NCBI GenBank assembly: GCA_046757405.1
Contig: JBHHYE010000019.1
Location: 103-64,102, forward strand
From: Acidobacteriota bacterium
Lineage (GTDB): Bacteria; Acidobacteriota; Polarisedimenticolia; SMYD01
Length of the DNA stretch: 64,000 nt
Direction of reading: 5' to 3'
Below, one piece after another: positions 36,956 to 47,700 of the stretch; position 1 is the first letter of the stretch; the number at the start of each line of letters is the position of its first letter. The position numbers were made by a program, and so were the translations under genes. A model generated the notes under the pieces. That model searched no databases. It worked only from the letters and a program-made list of their open reading frames with translations, and was not told where the DNA came from.

Positions 36956-38493
36956 AGCTGCCGGATCACCGTGACCTTGATGCGCCCGGGGTAGTCGACC
37001 TCGGATTCGATGCGATGGGCAATGTCGCCGGCGAGAATCTCCGACTCCTCGTCGGAGAGCCGGTCCGGGTGCGCGATGACCCGGAGCTCCCGGCCGGCCT
37101 GGATGGCGTACGACTCGGAGACGCCGTCAAACGAGCTGGCGATGCCCTCGAGCTTCTCCACCCTGCGGACGTAATCAGCCAGGGTCCGGCGGCGCGCGCC
37201 CGGGCGCGCGCCCGAGAGAGCATCGGCCGCGGCCACCAGCACCGAAATAGGGGAGATGACCTCACAATCCTCGTGATGGGAGGCGATGGCGTTGACGACG
37301 ATCGCCGGCTCGCCGTACCGCCGGGCGACCTCGCATCCGATCTCCGGATGGGTTCCTTCCCGTTCGTAGTCGATGGCCTTGCCGATGTCATGAAGAAGAC
37401 CGGCACGCCGTGCCAGCTTTTCGTCCAGACCCAGCTCGGCAGCCATGATTCCGGTCAGGTAGCCGACTTCCTTGCTGTGCTCCAGCACATTCTGGCCATA
37501 GGAGGTGCGGTACCGTAACCTTCCCAGAAGCTTGATGATTTCCGGATGCACCCGGCGGATCCTGAGCTCCCTCAGCGCCTCCTCGGCGGCGCGGCGCATG
37601 ATGTTGTTGGTGCGCCGGCGCATCTTGCGCACGGTGTCGTCGATCCGCCGCGGGTGGATCGTCCCGTCTTTCACCAGTTTTTCCAGGGCCAGTCGGGCCA
37701 CCTCCCTCTTGATCGGGTGAAAGCCGGAGATCATGACCTGGTTGGGTGTTTCATCCACGATGAGCTGCATTCCGGTGGCCGCCTCGAAGGCCTTGATGTT
37801 CTTGCCGTCTTGCCCGATCAGGCGGCCCTTCAGCTTGTCGTTCTCCAGGCTCACGGTGGAGGCCGTTCTGCTGGTGGAGAATTCCGAGGCGCTGCGCTCG
37901 ATGGCCAGGGCCATGATCTTCTGGGACTCGGCCTGGGCCCGGGCCTGCGCCTCTTCGCGCAGGTCGCGGAGCATGCGCGCGGTCTCCAGCCGTGCCTCCT
38001 TGCGCTGGTTCTCGAGGAGCGCTTTCCGGGCTTCCTCGCGGGAGAGATTGGAGAGTTGCTCAAGGCGGACGGTCTCCTCCCGGGCCAGCTGTTCCAGCTT
38101 GGCTCTCTCGGCCGTGAGGTGGGCCTCTTGCTCTTTCAGGGCTTCCAGGCGCGCGCTGAGATCATCCTGCCGCCGGTTCAGTTCGTCCTGGCGGCTTTCC
38201 AGCCGCCGGTCGAGTGTTTGCAGAGAGGACTGAAGCCGGGAGATCTGGCTCTTACACTCCCGGTTCTCTTGCTCGGCTCGACGGCGCGCCTTCTGCAACT
38301 GTTCGCGGGCGGTGAGCTCCGCGGCCTTCTTCGTTTGCTCGGCTTCGGTCTGGGCCTGGTGAATCAGCTCCGCGGCCTCCTGGCGGCTCCGGGCGAGGGA
38401 ACGTTGTCCGAGATAGATGCTTGCCAGCCAGCCGAGGAGAATCCCCACCAGGGAAGCGGCGAGGGTGACGCCGCCGAGGGTGAGGGTATTCAT
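36931..38493 (-). CDS. rny: ribonuclease Y
   Basis: N-terminal TM + coiled coil, KH domain (GRLIGQDGKNIKAFEAATG), HD domain (LLHDIGKAID); start taken at MNTLTLGG. Confidence 0.85.
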   Translation of the reverse strand: MNTLTLGGVTLAASLVGILLGWLASIYLGQRSLARSRQEAAELIHQAQTEAEQTKKAAELTAREQLQKARRRAEQENRECKSQISRLQSSLQTLDRRLESRQDELNRRQDDLSARLEALKEQEAHLTAERAKLEQLAREETVRLEQLSNLSREEARKALLENQRKEARLETARMLRDLREEAQARAQAESQKIMALAIERSASEFSTSRTASTVSLENDKLKGRLIGQDGKNIKAFEAATGMQLIVDETPNQVMISGFHPIKREVARLALEKLVKDGTIHPRRIDDTVRKMRRRTNNIMRRAAEEALRELRIRRVHPEIIKLLGRLRYRTSYGQNVLEHSKEVGYLTGIMAAELGLDEKLARRAGLLHDIGKAIDYEREGTHPEIGCEVARRYGEPAIVVNAIASHHEDCEVISPISVLVAAADALSGARPGARRRTLADYVRRVEKLEGIASSFDGVSESYAIQAGRELRVIAHPDRLSDEESEILAGDIAHRIESEVDYPGRIKVTVIRQLCATGRAR

Positions 38494-38667
38494 TGAGAGC
38501 TCCGGTTGAATTGAGGCAGACCGATCCACGCCGATCCGGTGAGGAAACGGCACCCGCTGCGCCCCGGGGTCGGGGCGGCCGCGAGACCGGCCTGTGATCC
38601 AAGAAGGTCATTCTGGACGGCATAGTACTCCCGGCCTGCTGTTCCGTCAAGCGGAAGTGTGGATGTA

Positions 38668-39822
38668 TCAGGAGTTTAAGGCGATCCGCGCGGCGTGCCC
38701 GATCCGCGCGGCCGCCTGGTCCATCTCTGGATGCGTGTTGCCTCGCCCGACGCTGAGACGCAGGGCGCCCAGAGCCCGCTCCTTCTCTAGTCCCATGGCC
38801 ATGAGCACGCCGGAGGGGGCTGGGTTCCCTGCGTGGCAGGCCGCACCGGAGGACAGCGCCAACCCCTCGAGCGCTGCCAGCAACCGGTCAGCCCGCACGC
38901 CGGGCAGAGAGACGTTGAGGGTATTGGGGAGACGCAGGCCGGGATCGACCGGGCCGTTGATCTCCAGGCCGGGAAAGGCCTGGACCAGCTTCTCCAGGAG
39001 GTGAGCGGCCAGGGACCGCTCGTGGCGGACGCGCTCCTCGCCCTCGCGGGCGGCCAGGCGGCATGCGGCCGCGAGGCCCACGATGCCGGGTGTGTTCTCG
39101 GTTCCCGGCCGGAGCCCGTTCTCTTGCGGGGCTCCCACCAGGACCGGGGCGATGGGGACGCCGGAGCGCACGTACAGCGCGCCCACGCCCTTGGGCCCGT
39201 ACAGCTTGTGCCCGGCCACGGTGAGCAGGTCCACCCCCAGGTCCCCGATGTCTACCGGGATCTTCCCCACGGACTGGGCGGCATCCGAGTGCAGCGGGAT
39301 GGACCGTGCCCGCGCCGCTTGCGAGACCTCGCGGACGGGTTGCAAGGTCCCGGTTTCATTGTTGGCGTGCATCAGGCTGGCGACGGCGGTCTCCGGCGTC
39401 AACGCCTCCGCGAAGGCCTCCGCGGAGACCCGCCCGTCGGTCGCGACGGCAACTCGTGTGATCTGGAACCCTTCCGCCGCCAGGACCGCACAGGCGGCTT
39501 CCACGGCCGGATGCTCCACAGCCGAGATCACCACGCGCCTCCCCACGCGCCGCCGGGCCCGCGCCACCCCCAGGAGAGCCAGGTTGTCCGATTCGGTTCC
39601 GCCGCTGGTGAAGATGATCTCGGAGGGGAGACATCCCAGGAGGTTGGCCACATCCTCACGCGCCTTGCCGATGGCCCGCCGGACGTCCCGGCCCGCCGCG
39701 TGGGAGCTGGATGGGTTGGCCCACAGGTTCTGGAGGGCCTGACGCATCGCTTCGATGACCTGATCGGCGACCGGTGTGGTGGCGTTGTGATCGAGATAGA
39801 TGGCGTCCGCCGCGGCGTTCAC
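38668..39822 (-). CDS. cysteine desulfurase (NifS/IscS family)
   Basis: IYLDHNATTP, IFTSGGTESDN, SVAGHKLYGPKG (PLP-Lys), SSGSACHAG-like SGAACHAG; GTG start at 39822. Confidence 0.8.
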   Translation of the reverse strand: MNAAADAIYLDHNATTPVADQVIEAMRQALQNLWANPSSSHAAGRDVRRAIGKAREDVANLLGCLPSEIIFTSGGTESDNLALLGVARARRRVGRRVVISAVEHPAVEAACAVLAAEGFQITRVAVATDGRVSAEAFAEALTPETAVASLMHANNETGTLQPVREVSQAARARSIPLHSDAAQSVGKIPVDIGDLGVDLLTVAGHKLYGPKGVGALYVRSGVPIAPVLVGAPQENGLRPGTENTPGIVGLAAACRLAAREGEERVRHERSLAAHLLEKLVQAFPGLEINGPVDPGLRLPNTLNVSLPGVRADRLLAALEGLALSSGAACHAGNPAPSGVLMAMGLEKERALGALRLSVGRGNTHPEMDQAAARIGHAARIALNS

Positions 39823-41582
39823 CGCCCCGCGTCTCCGGCCAGGGATTGCTCGCGCACCGCCTTGAACTCGGTGCCCGGCTTCCACTGCGGGATGGCGTCG
39901 TCCTGCGCCACTCGCGCTCCCACCCGGAAGAGAAGCCGTGTGTCCTCGGCCATGCCCCCGAAATCCCACGCGGGATCGAACTCGTCGGAGGGCTTGTGGT
40001 ACCGCTCGGCAGTGTAGCGGGCATTCTGCTCCATGCCCCAGCCGTCGGGACGGCCGACGTACTCGATTCCATGGTCGATGTACAGCGCCGGGACCCCCTG
40101 CTTGGCGAAGGGGAACTGATCGGACCGATAATAGAACCCCTTCTCGGGTTCCATGTCAGGAGTGACATGCCGGCCCGAGCGGGCGGCGATCTCGGTGATC
40201 AGGTCGTCCAGGGTCGTGTTTCCCAGGCCGATGACAATGACATCCTTGGTTCGTCCGTACACGTTCATGCCATCCATGTTGATGAGCGCCACCGTCCGGG
40301 ACAGGGGATGAAGGGGATGATCGGCGTAATGGTACGAGCCGATCAGGCCCTGCTCCTCGGCGGTGACCGCCAGGAAGAGGATGGATCGCCGTGGCGGCAC
40401 GGGCAGGCTGGCAAAGGCCTTGGCGAGAGCGACCAGGCTCGACACGCCGGTGGCATTGTCGAAGGCGCCGTTATAGATGGCGTCTCCGTCCACCGGGTCG
40501 GAGACGCCCAGGTGGTCCCAGTGCGCGGTGTAGACGATCCATTGATCCGCCAGGTCCGATCCGGGGAGCAGGCCGGCCACGTTGCGCGACTGGATGCGCC
40601 GGATGGTGTTGGTGAAGGACAGGGAAGCCTCGAGACCCAGGGGCAGCGGACGGAAGGTGTCGCTGGCCGCCCGGCGCTCCTGCTCCGCCAGGTCCATTCC
40701 CGCCATCCGGAACAGTTCGGCGGCCGCCTGGTGCGTGATCCACGACTCGAACGGCAGGCGGCTGGCGCCGTGATCGGACCTGGCCGGGACGAACTGCTCG
40801 CCTGACCAGGAGCTGGCCACCACCCCCCACGGGTAACCGGCGGCCTCTGTCTGGTGCACCAGAATGACTCCGGCGGCCTTCTTCCGGGCCCCGGTCTCGT
40901 ACTTGTACGTCCAGCGGCCGTAGTAGGTCATCCGCTTGCCGCCGAAGCGGGAGGCATCGGGCAGGGGAGGGTCGTTGACCAGCATGACGAGGATCTTGCC
41001 GGTCAGATCGACTCCTTTGTAATCATCCCAGCCGAATTCCGGCGCCGTCGTTCCGTAACCGACGAAGACCATCTCGCCGGAGGCACGGATCGCCTTCTGC
41101 TCGCGGGTGGTGACGGCCATGAAGTCCTTCCGGTAAGCCAGGGCCTTCTTTCCACCGTGGCCGGAAATCGCCAGCGACATGGAAGGGTCCGCGGTGATGC
41201 CCACCAGGGGAACGGCCTGGAAGTATGAAAGGCCGTTGGCGGGCCGCAGCCCCGCGTCCTTGAAGGCGGATTCGATGTAGGCCGTCGCCCGCTCCTCGCC
41301 GACGGTTCCCGGGAGGCGACCCTGCATCCGGTCGGCGGAGAGCTCCTGAACCCGCCGGGCCAGATCCTCATCCCGGATGCTCTTCTCCGCCGCCGCCACC
41401 TGATCGGCCGTGGGCCCGGTGGCCGGAGAATCGGGTACGTTCGCCGAGCGGTCTTGTCCGCCGCTCCGGCACGCACCGGAGAGAAGGAGCAAGGCGGCGG
41501 CGAGGAACGCTCTCCAGGCTGGTCCCGGGCAGCAAACCCGCAGGGAAGGGGCGTGTCGGGCGCTCGGTGTGGACGGGAACAT
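39819..41582 (-). CDS. M28-family aminopeptidase with PA domain, secreted
   Basis: Signal peptide/lipobox LLLLSGAC; M28 metal-ligand regions (HWDHLG, NGAFDNATG, EEQGLIGS, HYHKPSD). Confidence 0.75.
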   Translation of the reverse strand: MFPSTPSARHAPSLRVCCPGPAWRAFLAAALLLLSGACRSGGQDRSANVPDSPATGPTADQVAAAEKSIRDEDLARRVQELSADRMQGRLPGTVGEERATAYIESAFKDAGLRPANGLSYFQAVPLVGITADPSMSLAISGHGGKKALAYRKDFMAVTTREQKAIRASGEMVFVGYGTTAPEFGWDDYKGVDLTGKILVMLVNDPPLPDASRFGGKRMTYYGRWTYKYETGARKKAAGVILVHQTEAAGYPWGVVASSWSGEQFVPARSDHGASRLPFESWITHQAAAELFRMAGMDLAEQERRAASDTFRPLPLGLEASLSFTNTIRRIQSRNVAGLLPGSDLADQWIVYTAHWDHLGVSDPVDGDAIYNGAFDNATGVSSLVALAKAFASLPVPPRRSILFLAVTAEEQGLIGSYHYADHPLHPLSRTVALINMDGMNVYGRTKDVIVIGLGNTTLDDLITEIAARSGRHVTPDMEPEKGFYYRSDQFPFAKQGVPALYIDHGIEYVGRPDGWGMEQNARYTAERYHKPSDEFDPAWDFGGMAEDTRLLFRVGARVAQDDAIPQWKPGTEFKAVREQSLAGDAGR

Positions 41583-41673
41583 GAGTTTCTCCTCTGCATC
41601 CTGGACGGACGGGCCGCCATTCTATCAGCGGCCTGGCGGAGAGGGACGGAAGCGGTCATATTCTCTCCAGACC

Positions 41674-42732
41674 ATGCGCCATTCACCCCTTCCTCCACCC
41701 CGCCTGGTGCCGGCCGCCGAGGCATGTGCTCTCCAGACCCTGGAGAGGAGCGTGGAACGGGAGGGGCCGGCCCCCCGGGGCCCCGGGACGATCCGGCCCG
41801 CGGGGCTGGACCGGTCGATTCTTCCCCCTCCCCGGTCCGCCCTTCCCCGCCTCAGACGGCTCTTCGATCCGGTCAGCGGCTGGATCCGCCGCGGTGAGCG
41901 CCGGCTGAACCGCTTTCTCGGTTGCCGTGTCTATCCGCGCCTGTCCCCGGTCCGCCGTCTCTACTCCTGGCAGCTGGAGCACGGTCTCACCGTGTCCGAG
42001 GCGGAGGTGCCAGTGGCTGGATTGCCCTCCGCCTTCGAGGGGGCCACGGTCTTGCTGATCACCGATATCCACGCCGGACCCTTTCTGGCGCCGGAGGCGC
42101 TGGAGCGCGTCTTCCGCCGCCTGATGGCTCTGAGGCCGGATCTGATTCTCCTGGGTGGTGATCTGACCACGGACCGGGTCAGCGAGTTCGACGGCTGCGC
42201 CGGCGCCTTTGGATGCCTCACCGCGCCGCTGGGGCTGTTCGGCGTCCTGGGAAACCATGATCATTACACGGGCGACCCGGAGGGTCTGCGGCGGTCCATG
42301 GAACGTGCCGGCATCGCCGTGCTCCACAACCGCTCGGTCGCCCTGGAGAGGATGGGCCAGGTCCTCTTGCTGGCGGGCATCGACGACCTGAACTGGGGGC
42401 GCCCTGATCTGGAGAGGGCGCTGGCCGGAACGCGGGGAAAAGGTCGGCGTGAACCGGTGATCCTTCTGTCTCACAACCCGGATGTGTTCTTCCAGGCGGC
42501 TCAGGAAGGGGTCGCCCTGGTGCTGGCCGGCCACACCCACGGCGGGCAAATCCGGTTGCCGGGATTGCCGGTCCTGGTGCGCATGAGCCGCTTCGGGCTG
42601 GATCAGGGCCACTACCAGATGCGCCCGTCCCAGCTCGTCGTCAGCCGGGGTCTGGGCGCCACCGGGCTGCCGCTGCGCATGGCTTGTCCTCCCGAGGTGG
42701 TTGCCCTTCGCCTGCGCCGGGCCCCCCTGTGA
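41674..42732 (+). CDS. metallophosphoesterase (calcineurin-like)
   Basis: LLITDIHAG, LLGGDL, GNHDHY, LSHNPD, AGHTHGGQ. Confidence 0.7.
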   Translation: MRHSPLPPPRLVPAAEACALQTLERSVEREGPAPRGPGTIRPAGLDRSILPPPRSALPRLRRLFDPVSGWIRRGERRLNRFLGCRVYPRLSPVRRLYSWQLEHGLTVSEAEVPVAGLPSAFEGATVLLITDIHAGPFLAPEALERVFRRLMALRPDLILLGGDLTTDRVSEFDGCAGAFGCLTAPLGLFGVLGNHDHYTGDPEGLRRSMERAGIAVLHNRSVALERMGQVLLLAGIDDLNWGRPDLERALAGTRGKGRREPVILLSHNPDVFFQAAQEGVALVLAGHTHGGQIRLPGLPVLVRMSRFGLDQGHYQMRPSQLVVSRGLGATGLPLRMACPPEVVALRLRRAPL

Positions 42733-42808
42733 CACAATAGCCGGTGGCAGCGACGCCGCCCGGCCGGTGCGTCCGAGCTCCCAGGCCGGCGGAACCGGGA
42801 GACCATTC

Positions 42809-44320
42809 TTGCTCATCGACGCCCGGCACATTCCCTCCGGCAAGGTCGTCTCCACGGATCTGTGCATCGTGGGAAGCGGGGCCGCTGGCATCACCCTGGC
42901 CCGGGAATTTCTCCACACCCGGACCTCGGTCTCTCTCCTGGAAGCCGGGGGGGATCACCTCGACGACGCGACGCAGGCGATGTACCGCGGAGAAGGGCAC
43001 GGTCCGTTGCTGGCCCATGGGGATCGATACGTTCAGTGGTCCAGGCTCCGCTTTTTCGGGGGCAGCACCAACCACTGGGCGGGATGGTGCCGGCCCCTGG
43101 ATCCGATCGACCTGGAGGAGCGATCCTGGGTGCCCCGGAGCGGCTGGCCCTTTCCGCTGGCCGTCTTGGATCCGTATTACCAGGCCGCCTCCTCCCTCTG
43201 CCAGATCCAGCCGGTGCGCCGGGATCTCCGCGAGTGGAGCGGCACCCCCCGCGCGCCCCTCCCGTTTGACCCCGGCAGCGACCTGACCACCAAGATGTTC
43301 CATTTCAGCCCGCCCACTCGTTTCGGAAAGGTCTACGGTCCCGAGATCCTGCGGGCACACAACCTGGAAACCTTCCTGCATGCGGACGTGGTGGCGTTGT
43401 TCACCGGCGAGAATGGCAGAAGGGTGCTGGAGCTGGAGGCGGCCAGCGCTGCGGACCGGCGGTTCCGGGTACGGGCGCGCCAGTTCGTGCTCGCCGCCGG
43501 CGGGATTGAAAACGCGCGTCTCCTCCTGCTGTCACGCCAGACCCAGAAGGAGGGGTTAGGGAACGGCCATGGGCTGGTCGGGCGGTATTTTGCCGATCAC
43601 CCGCATTTTCACGCCGGCTCCATCGTGTTCACCCGGCATGAGTCCCTGGATCTCTACATGAACGATGCGGTTGATCCGATTCTGGGGCATGAGAGCCTGG
43701 GTGTTCTCTGCACCTCGGAGGCGGTCCAACGCCGGGAGAAGCTCCTCAACTTCAGCGTCGAGTTCTTGCCCGTGGTCCAGGGAAAACTGCCGGAAGCGGA
43801 TCGGAAACTGGGGCGGCTCGCAGAAAAAGTGGACCGCGGGTTCCGCTCCGCCCCGGCCACGTCGCCGCTTCAGTATGCCGATCTGTATGCCCGCGCCGAG
43901 CCGTCTCCCCACCCGGACAGCCGCGTTTTCCTCCTGGAGGAGCGCGATGCCCTGGGACGCAACCTGGTCCGCCTGGACTGGAAGCTGCATCGCGGCGACA
44001 GCCGGAGCGCCAGCCGCTCACTGGAGATCCTGGCCAGGGAGCTGGGGCGTCTGGGAAGGGGCCGGATCGGAGTGCGCATCAGCGCCGAGGACCCCTGGCC
44101 GGAGGGAGTGGGCGGGGAACATCACCTGGGAACCACGCGCATGCACTCCGATTCCCGCCAAGGGGTGGTGGATGCCCAGGGGCAGGTTCACGGCGTCGAA
44201 AACCTTCACCTGGCGGGGAGCTCCGTTTTCCCGACCTACGGGTTCGCCAATCCGACCCTGACCCTGGTGGCCTTGACCCTCCGTCTGGCGGACCACCTGA
44301 AGCGCAGACTGGAAGAGTGA
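42809..44320 (+). CDS. GMC-family FAD oxidoreductase
   Basis: DLCIVGSGAAGITLAREF (FAD GxGxxG), C-terminal HHLGTTRMH...NLHLAGSSVFPT; start ambiguous (track ORF from 42701 overlaps the previous gene; TTG 42809 has a GGGAGA SD). Confidence 0.75.
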   Translation: MLIDARHIPSGKVVSTDLCIVGSGAAGITLAREFLHTRTSVSLLEAGGDHLDDATQAMYRGEGHGPLLAHGDRYVQWSRLRFFGGSTNHWAGWCRPLDPIDLEERSWVPRSGWPFPLAVLDPYYQAASSLCQIQPVRRDLREWSGTPRAPLPFDPGSDLTTKMFHFSPPTRFGKVYGPEILRAHNLETFLHADVVALFTGENGRRVLELEAASAADRRFRVRARQFVLAAGGIENARLLLLSRQTQKEGLGNGHGLVGRYFADHPHFHAGSIVFTRHESLDLYMNDAVDPILGHESLGVLCTSEAVQRREKLLNFSVEFLPVVQGKLPEADRKLGRLAEKVDRGFRSAPATSPLQYADLYARAEPSPHPDSRVFLLEERDALGRNLVRLDWKLHRGDSRSASRSLEILARELGRLGRGRIGVRISAEDPWPEGVGGEHHLGTTRMHSDSRQGVVDAQGQVHGVENLHLAGSSVFPTYGFANPTLTLVALTLRLADHLKRRLEE

Positions 44321-44739
44321 GGGAGCGCGCGCCGGGCCGGGCATGGCCACGCCGGGTCTTCTTGGCCAGGACGGTGAAGCTGGGAGCCGCTCTCGGCCTC
44401 GCCCGGGGGGCCTGGTCCTGCTCGGCAGAAGAGGAGCTGCCGCCCGCCGTCGATCGCCTCGCCGCGCTGGTCACAGGAACTCCCGGGGCGCGGCTCGTCG
44501 GCCGGTCCTACCTGGAGCAGTTTCCTGGCCAGAGCGGGGTCCGGGCCCTGGCCGGGGCGATCGTGGCGGAGCGGGACGCGGCGCTTCTCCCGGAGAGGAC
44601 CTTGCGTGGGCTGGTCACGTCGCAGGTCCGGGAGGATTTTTCAAGGGACCGGACCTTCCGGTGCCGGGGCTGGATCTTCTCGGAGACCGAGGGGCGGCTC
44701 TGCGCCCTGGCGGTCCGGCGGATGGCGAGCCGGCGTTGA
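44317..44739 (+). CDS. small Tat-signal protein, possible small subunit partner of the GMC oxidoreductase (gluconate 2-dehydrogenase subunit-3-like)
   Basis: RRVFLARTVKLGAALGLA twin-arginine motif; ATGA-type overlap with the GMC gene; overlaps the metH 3' end by 125 nt on the opposite strand. Confidence 0.4.
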   Translation: MRERAPGRAWPRRVFLARTVKLGAALGLARGAWSCSAEEELPPAVDRLAALVTGTPGARLVGRSYLEQFPGQSGVRALAGAIVAERDAALLPERTLRGLVTSQVREDFSRDRTFRCRGWIFSETEGRLCALAVRRMASRR

Positions 44740-47700
44740 AGTAGACCGCCTCGGGGTGGTGGAAGGCGATGGCGCTCACCGAGGCCTCCGGATCCATCAT
44801 GTACCCTTCCGTGAGTGTGATCCCGATCGCCTGGGGAAGCAGCATCCGGAAGAGCAGATCCTGATCCTCCAGGGACGGGCAGGCGGCGTAGCCGGGAGAA
44901 TAGCGACGTCCCCGGTAGCGGGTCTTGAACAGATCTTCCTTGCTGAGACCGGGGTCGTCGGGAAATCCCCACAAGGCTCGAACCTGGGCGTGGAGCCACT
45001 CCATGGCGCTTTCGGCGGTTTCCAGCGCCAAGGCCTGGAGTGTGTGGCTCTTCAGATAGCTTCCCTCTTCGCGATAACGGGCCGCCCGCTCCCGGATACC
45101 CGTGCCGGCGCCGGTCACCATCAGGCACACGGTGTCACGGCGCCCATCGTTCAGGGGCGCGCGGATGTAGTCCGCCAGGCAGAGCCTGTCCCCACCGGCC
45201 TGACGGGGGAAGGCAAGGGCCCCCACCGGTTGCTCCTCCCCGGGGGCGAACAGGAGCAGGCGATTCCCGTCCGGTTCCACCTGGACGAAGCGATAAATGG
45301 CGTCGGCGCGCAGGGCGCCCTGCCGGCACTCTTCCTTGACCCGTTCGACGGTTTCCTGGACGAAGAGGGCCTTGGAGTCTTGCTCCCGGAGAAGTCGATC
45401 GAAACGCCCCTTGAGCCCCAGGTGCTTGCCGTACAGCATGGCCGGATTCAGGAACGACCAGATCTCATCGAGGTTGAGCTCGCTGAGCACGTGGCGCTCG
45501 AAGTCCGGGGCGGCGGGGAGCTCCTCGAGGACGGTGACGGTCTTCCGGGACGGCGGGGACTGCGGCGCCGGCGCAGGCGCCGGCCGGCGCTCGATGTAGA
45601 GGGTGGCCTCCCGGCGCAGCTCCTCCTCCAGGGCCGGCCGGTCCTCCGGGCGGAGCAGGCGCCCGGCCAGATCCAGGCCGGCCATGGCGTCGGGAGCGTA
45701 GACCACCAGCCCGGGATAGACAGGCGCGATGCGACGCCGGACGAAGGATCGCGTCAGGGCGGCGCCGCCCACCATGAGAGGCAAGCTCCAGCCGGCGGCG
45801 GCGAACTCCTCGGCGGTGGCCACCATTTCCCGGGTCGACTTCACCAGCAGGCCGCTGAGCCCCACGATATCTGGATGGTGCTCTTCCAGCGCGCTGATGA
45901 GGGCATGGGGTGGGACCTTGATTCCCAGGTTGACCACCCGGTAGCCGTTGTTGGCGAGAATGATATCCACCAGGTTCTTGCCGATATCGTGGACGTCCCC
46001 CTTCACCGTGGCCAGCACCACCGTGCCGCGGCAACTGGCGTCGATCTTCTCCATGAATTGTTCCAGGTGGGCGACGGCGGCCTTCATGGCCTCGGCGCTC
46101 TGCAGGACCTCGGCGACGATCAACTCGTTGCGGTTGAAGAGCCGGCCCACCTCCGCCATCCCTGCCATGAGGGGACCGTTGATGATGTCCAGCGGTGGGC
46201 GTTTCCGGCGAGCCTCCTCCAGGTCAGGGATCAGTCCGTCCTTGGTGCCTTCCAGGATGTACCCGGCCAGGCGCTCGTCCAGCGACCGATTCGATACCTC
46301 CTTCTTGGGGAGACGACTGGATGCGGCGCGGAAATGGGAGGTGAAGGCGGCGAGGGCGGCCTCGGAGGCAGCCCTCGCGGCGGCGAAGAGGAGGTCTTCG
46401 GCCAGCTGGCGCTCCGCCTCCGGGATGGAGGGGTAGCGCTCCAGCTTCTCCGAGTTCACGATGGCCGCGTCGAGCCCCGCCCGGGTGCAGTGATAAAGAA
46501 AGACCGAGTTGAGGACCTCCCGGCCGGCGGGAGGCAGGCCGAAGGACACGTTGCTGATGCCGAGAATGGTCTTGCACTCGGGGAAGGCCTCCTTGATCAG
46601 CCGCACTCCTTCCACGGTCTCGCGGGCCGAGCCCACATAGGCGGGGTCCCCGGTGCCGCAGGGAAACACCAGGGGGTCGAAGAGAATCTGGGACGGGTCC
46701 AGCCCGTAGGCCGTGGTCAGGAGCGCCAGGGAGCGCCGGGCCACCTCCAGCTTGCGGGTCCGGGTGATGGCCATCCCCTGCACCGGGTCGTCATCGATGC
46801 AGCCGACCACGAAGGCGGCGCCGAACTGCCGGCCCAGGGGTACGACGGCCCGGAAGCGCGCCTCGCCGTCTTCCAGGTTGATGGAATTGATGATCGACTT
46901 CCCCTGGCACCAGGGAAGCGCTGCAGCGAGGACCTCCTTGTCCGTGGAGTCGAGCATCAGCGGAACCTTGACCAGGCGGATGAGCGACTCGAGAAGGTGT
47001 TCCATGTCGGCGCGTTCATCGCCGTCCGGGTCGGCCAGGCAGAGGTCGAGGATCTGCGCTCCCTTTTTCACCTGGCGCCGGCCGATCTCGGCGGCTTCCT
47101 CGTACTGACCCTTCCGGATCATCTCCTTGAAGCGGCGGGAGCCGATCACGTTGGTGCGCTCCCCCACAAGAACCGGCCGGTTGGCCTCCTCCAGCTCGAG
47201 ATTCTCGATGCCCGAGACGCAGGTGCGCCGGTGCGAGGGAACGGGCCGCGGCGTCCTGCCGGCGGCCATGGCGGCCAGGGCGCGGATATGCTCCGCGCCG
47301 GTCCCGCAGCAGCCTCCCACCAGGTTGAGCCAGCCATGGTCCACGAACCGCTTCAGGACACGGGCCAGCGTCTCGGGTGTTTCCAGGTACCTGCCGTCCT
47401 CGTCGGGGAGGCCGGCGTTGGGGACGCAGGCCACCCGGGTTCGGACCACGTCCGCCAGGGCGCGGATATGATCGCCCATGAAGGAAGGGCCGGTGGCGCA
47501 GTTCAGGCCGATGTAGAGAAGGTTCACATGCTCCAGGGAGGTATTCAGCGCTTCCACCCCCTGGCCGGCCAGCATGGTCCCGGTGGGCTCGATCGTCCCG
47601 GACACCGCCAGGGGAATCTCCCGGCCCAGCTCCTGGAACGCGTCCTGGCAACCCAGGAGAGCGGCCTTGATGTTTCGCGTATCCTGGCAGGTTTCCACCA

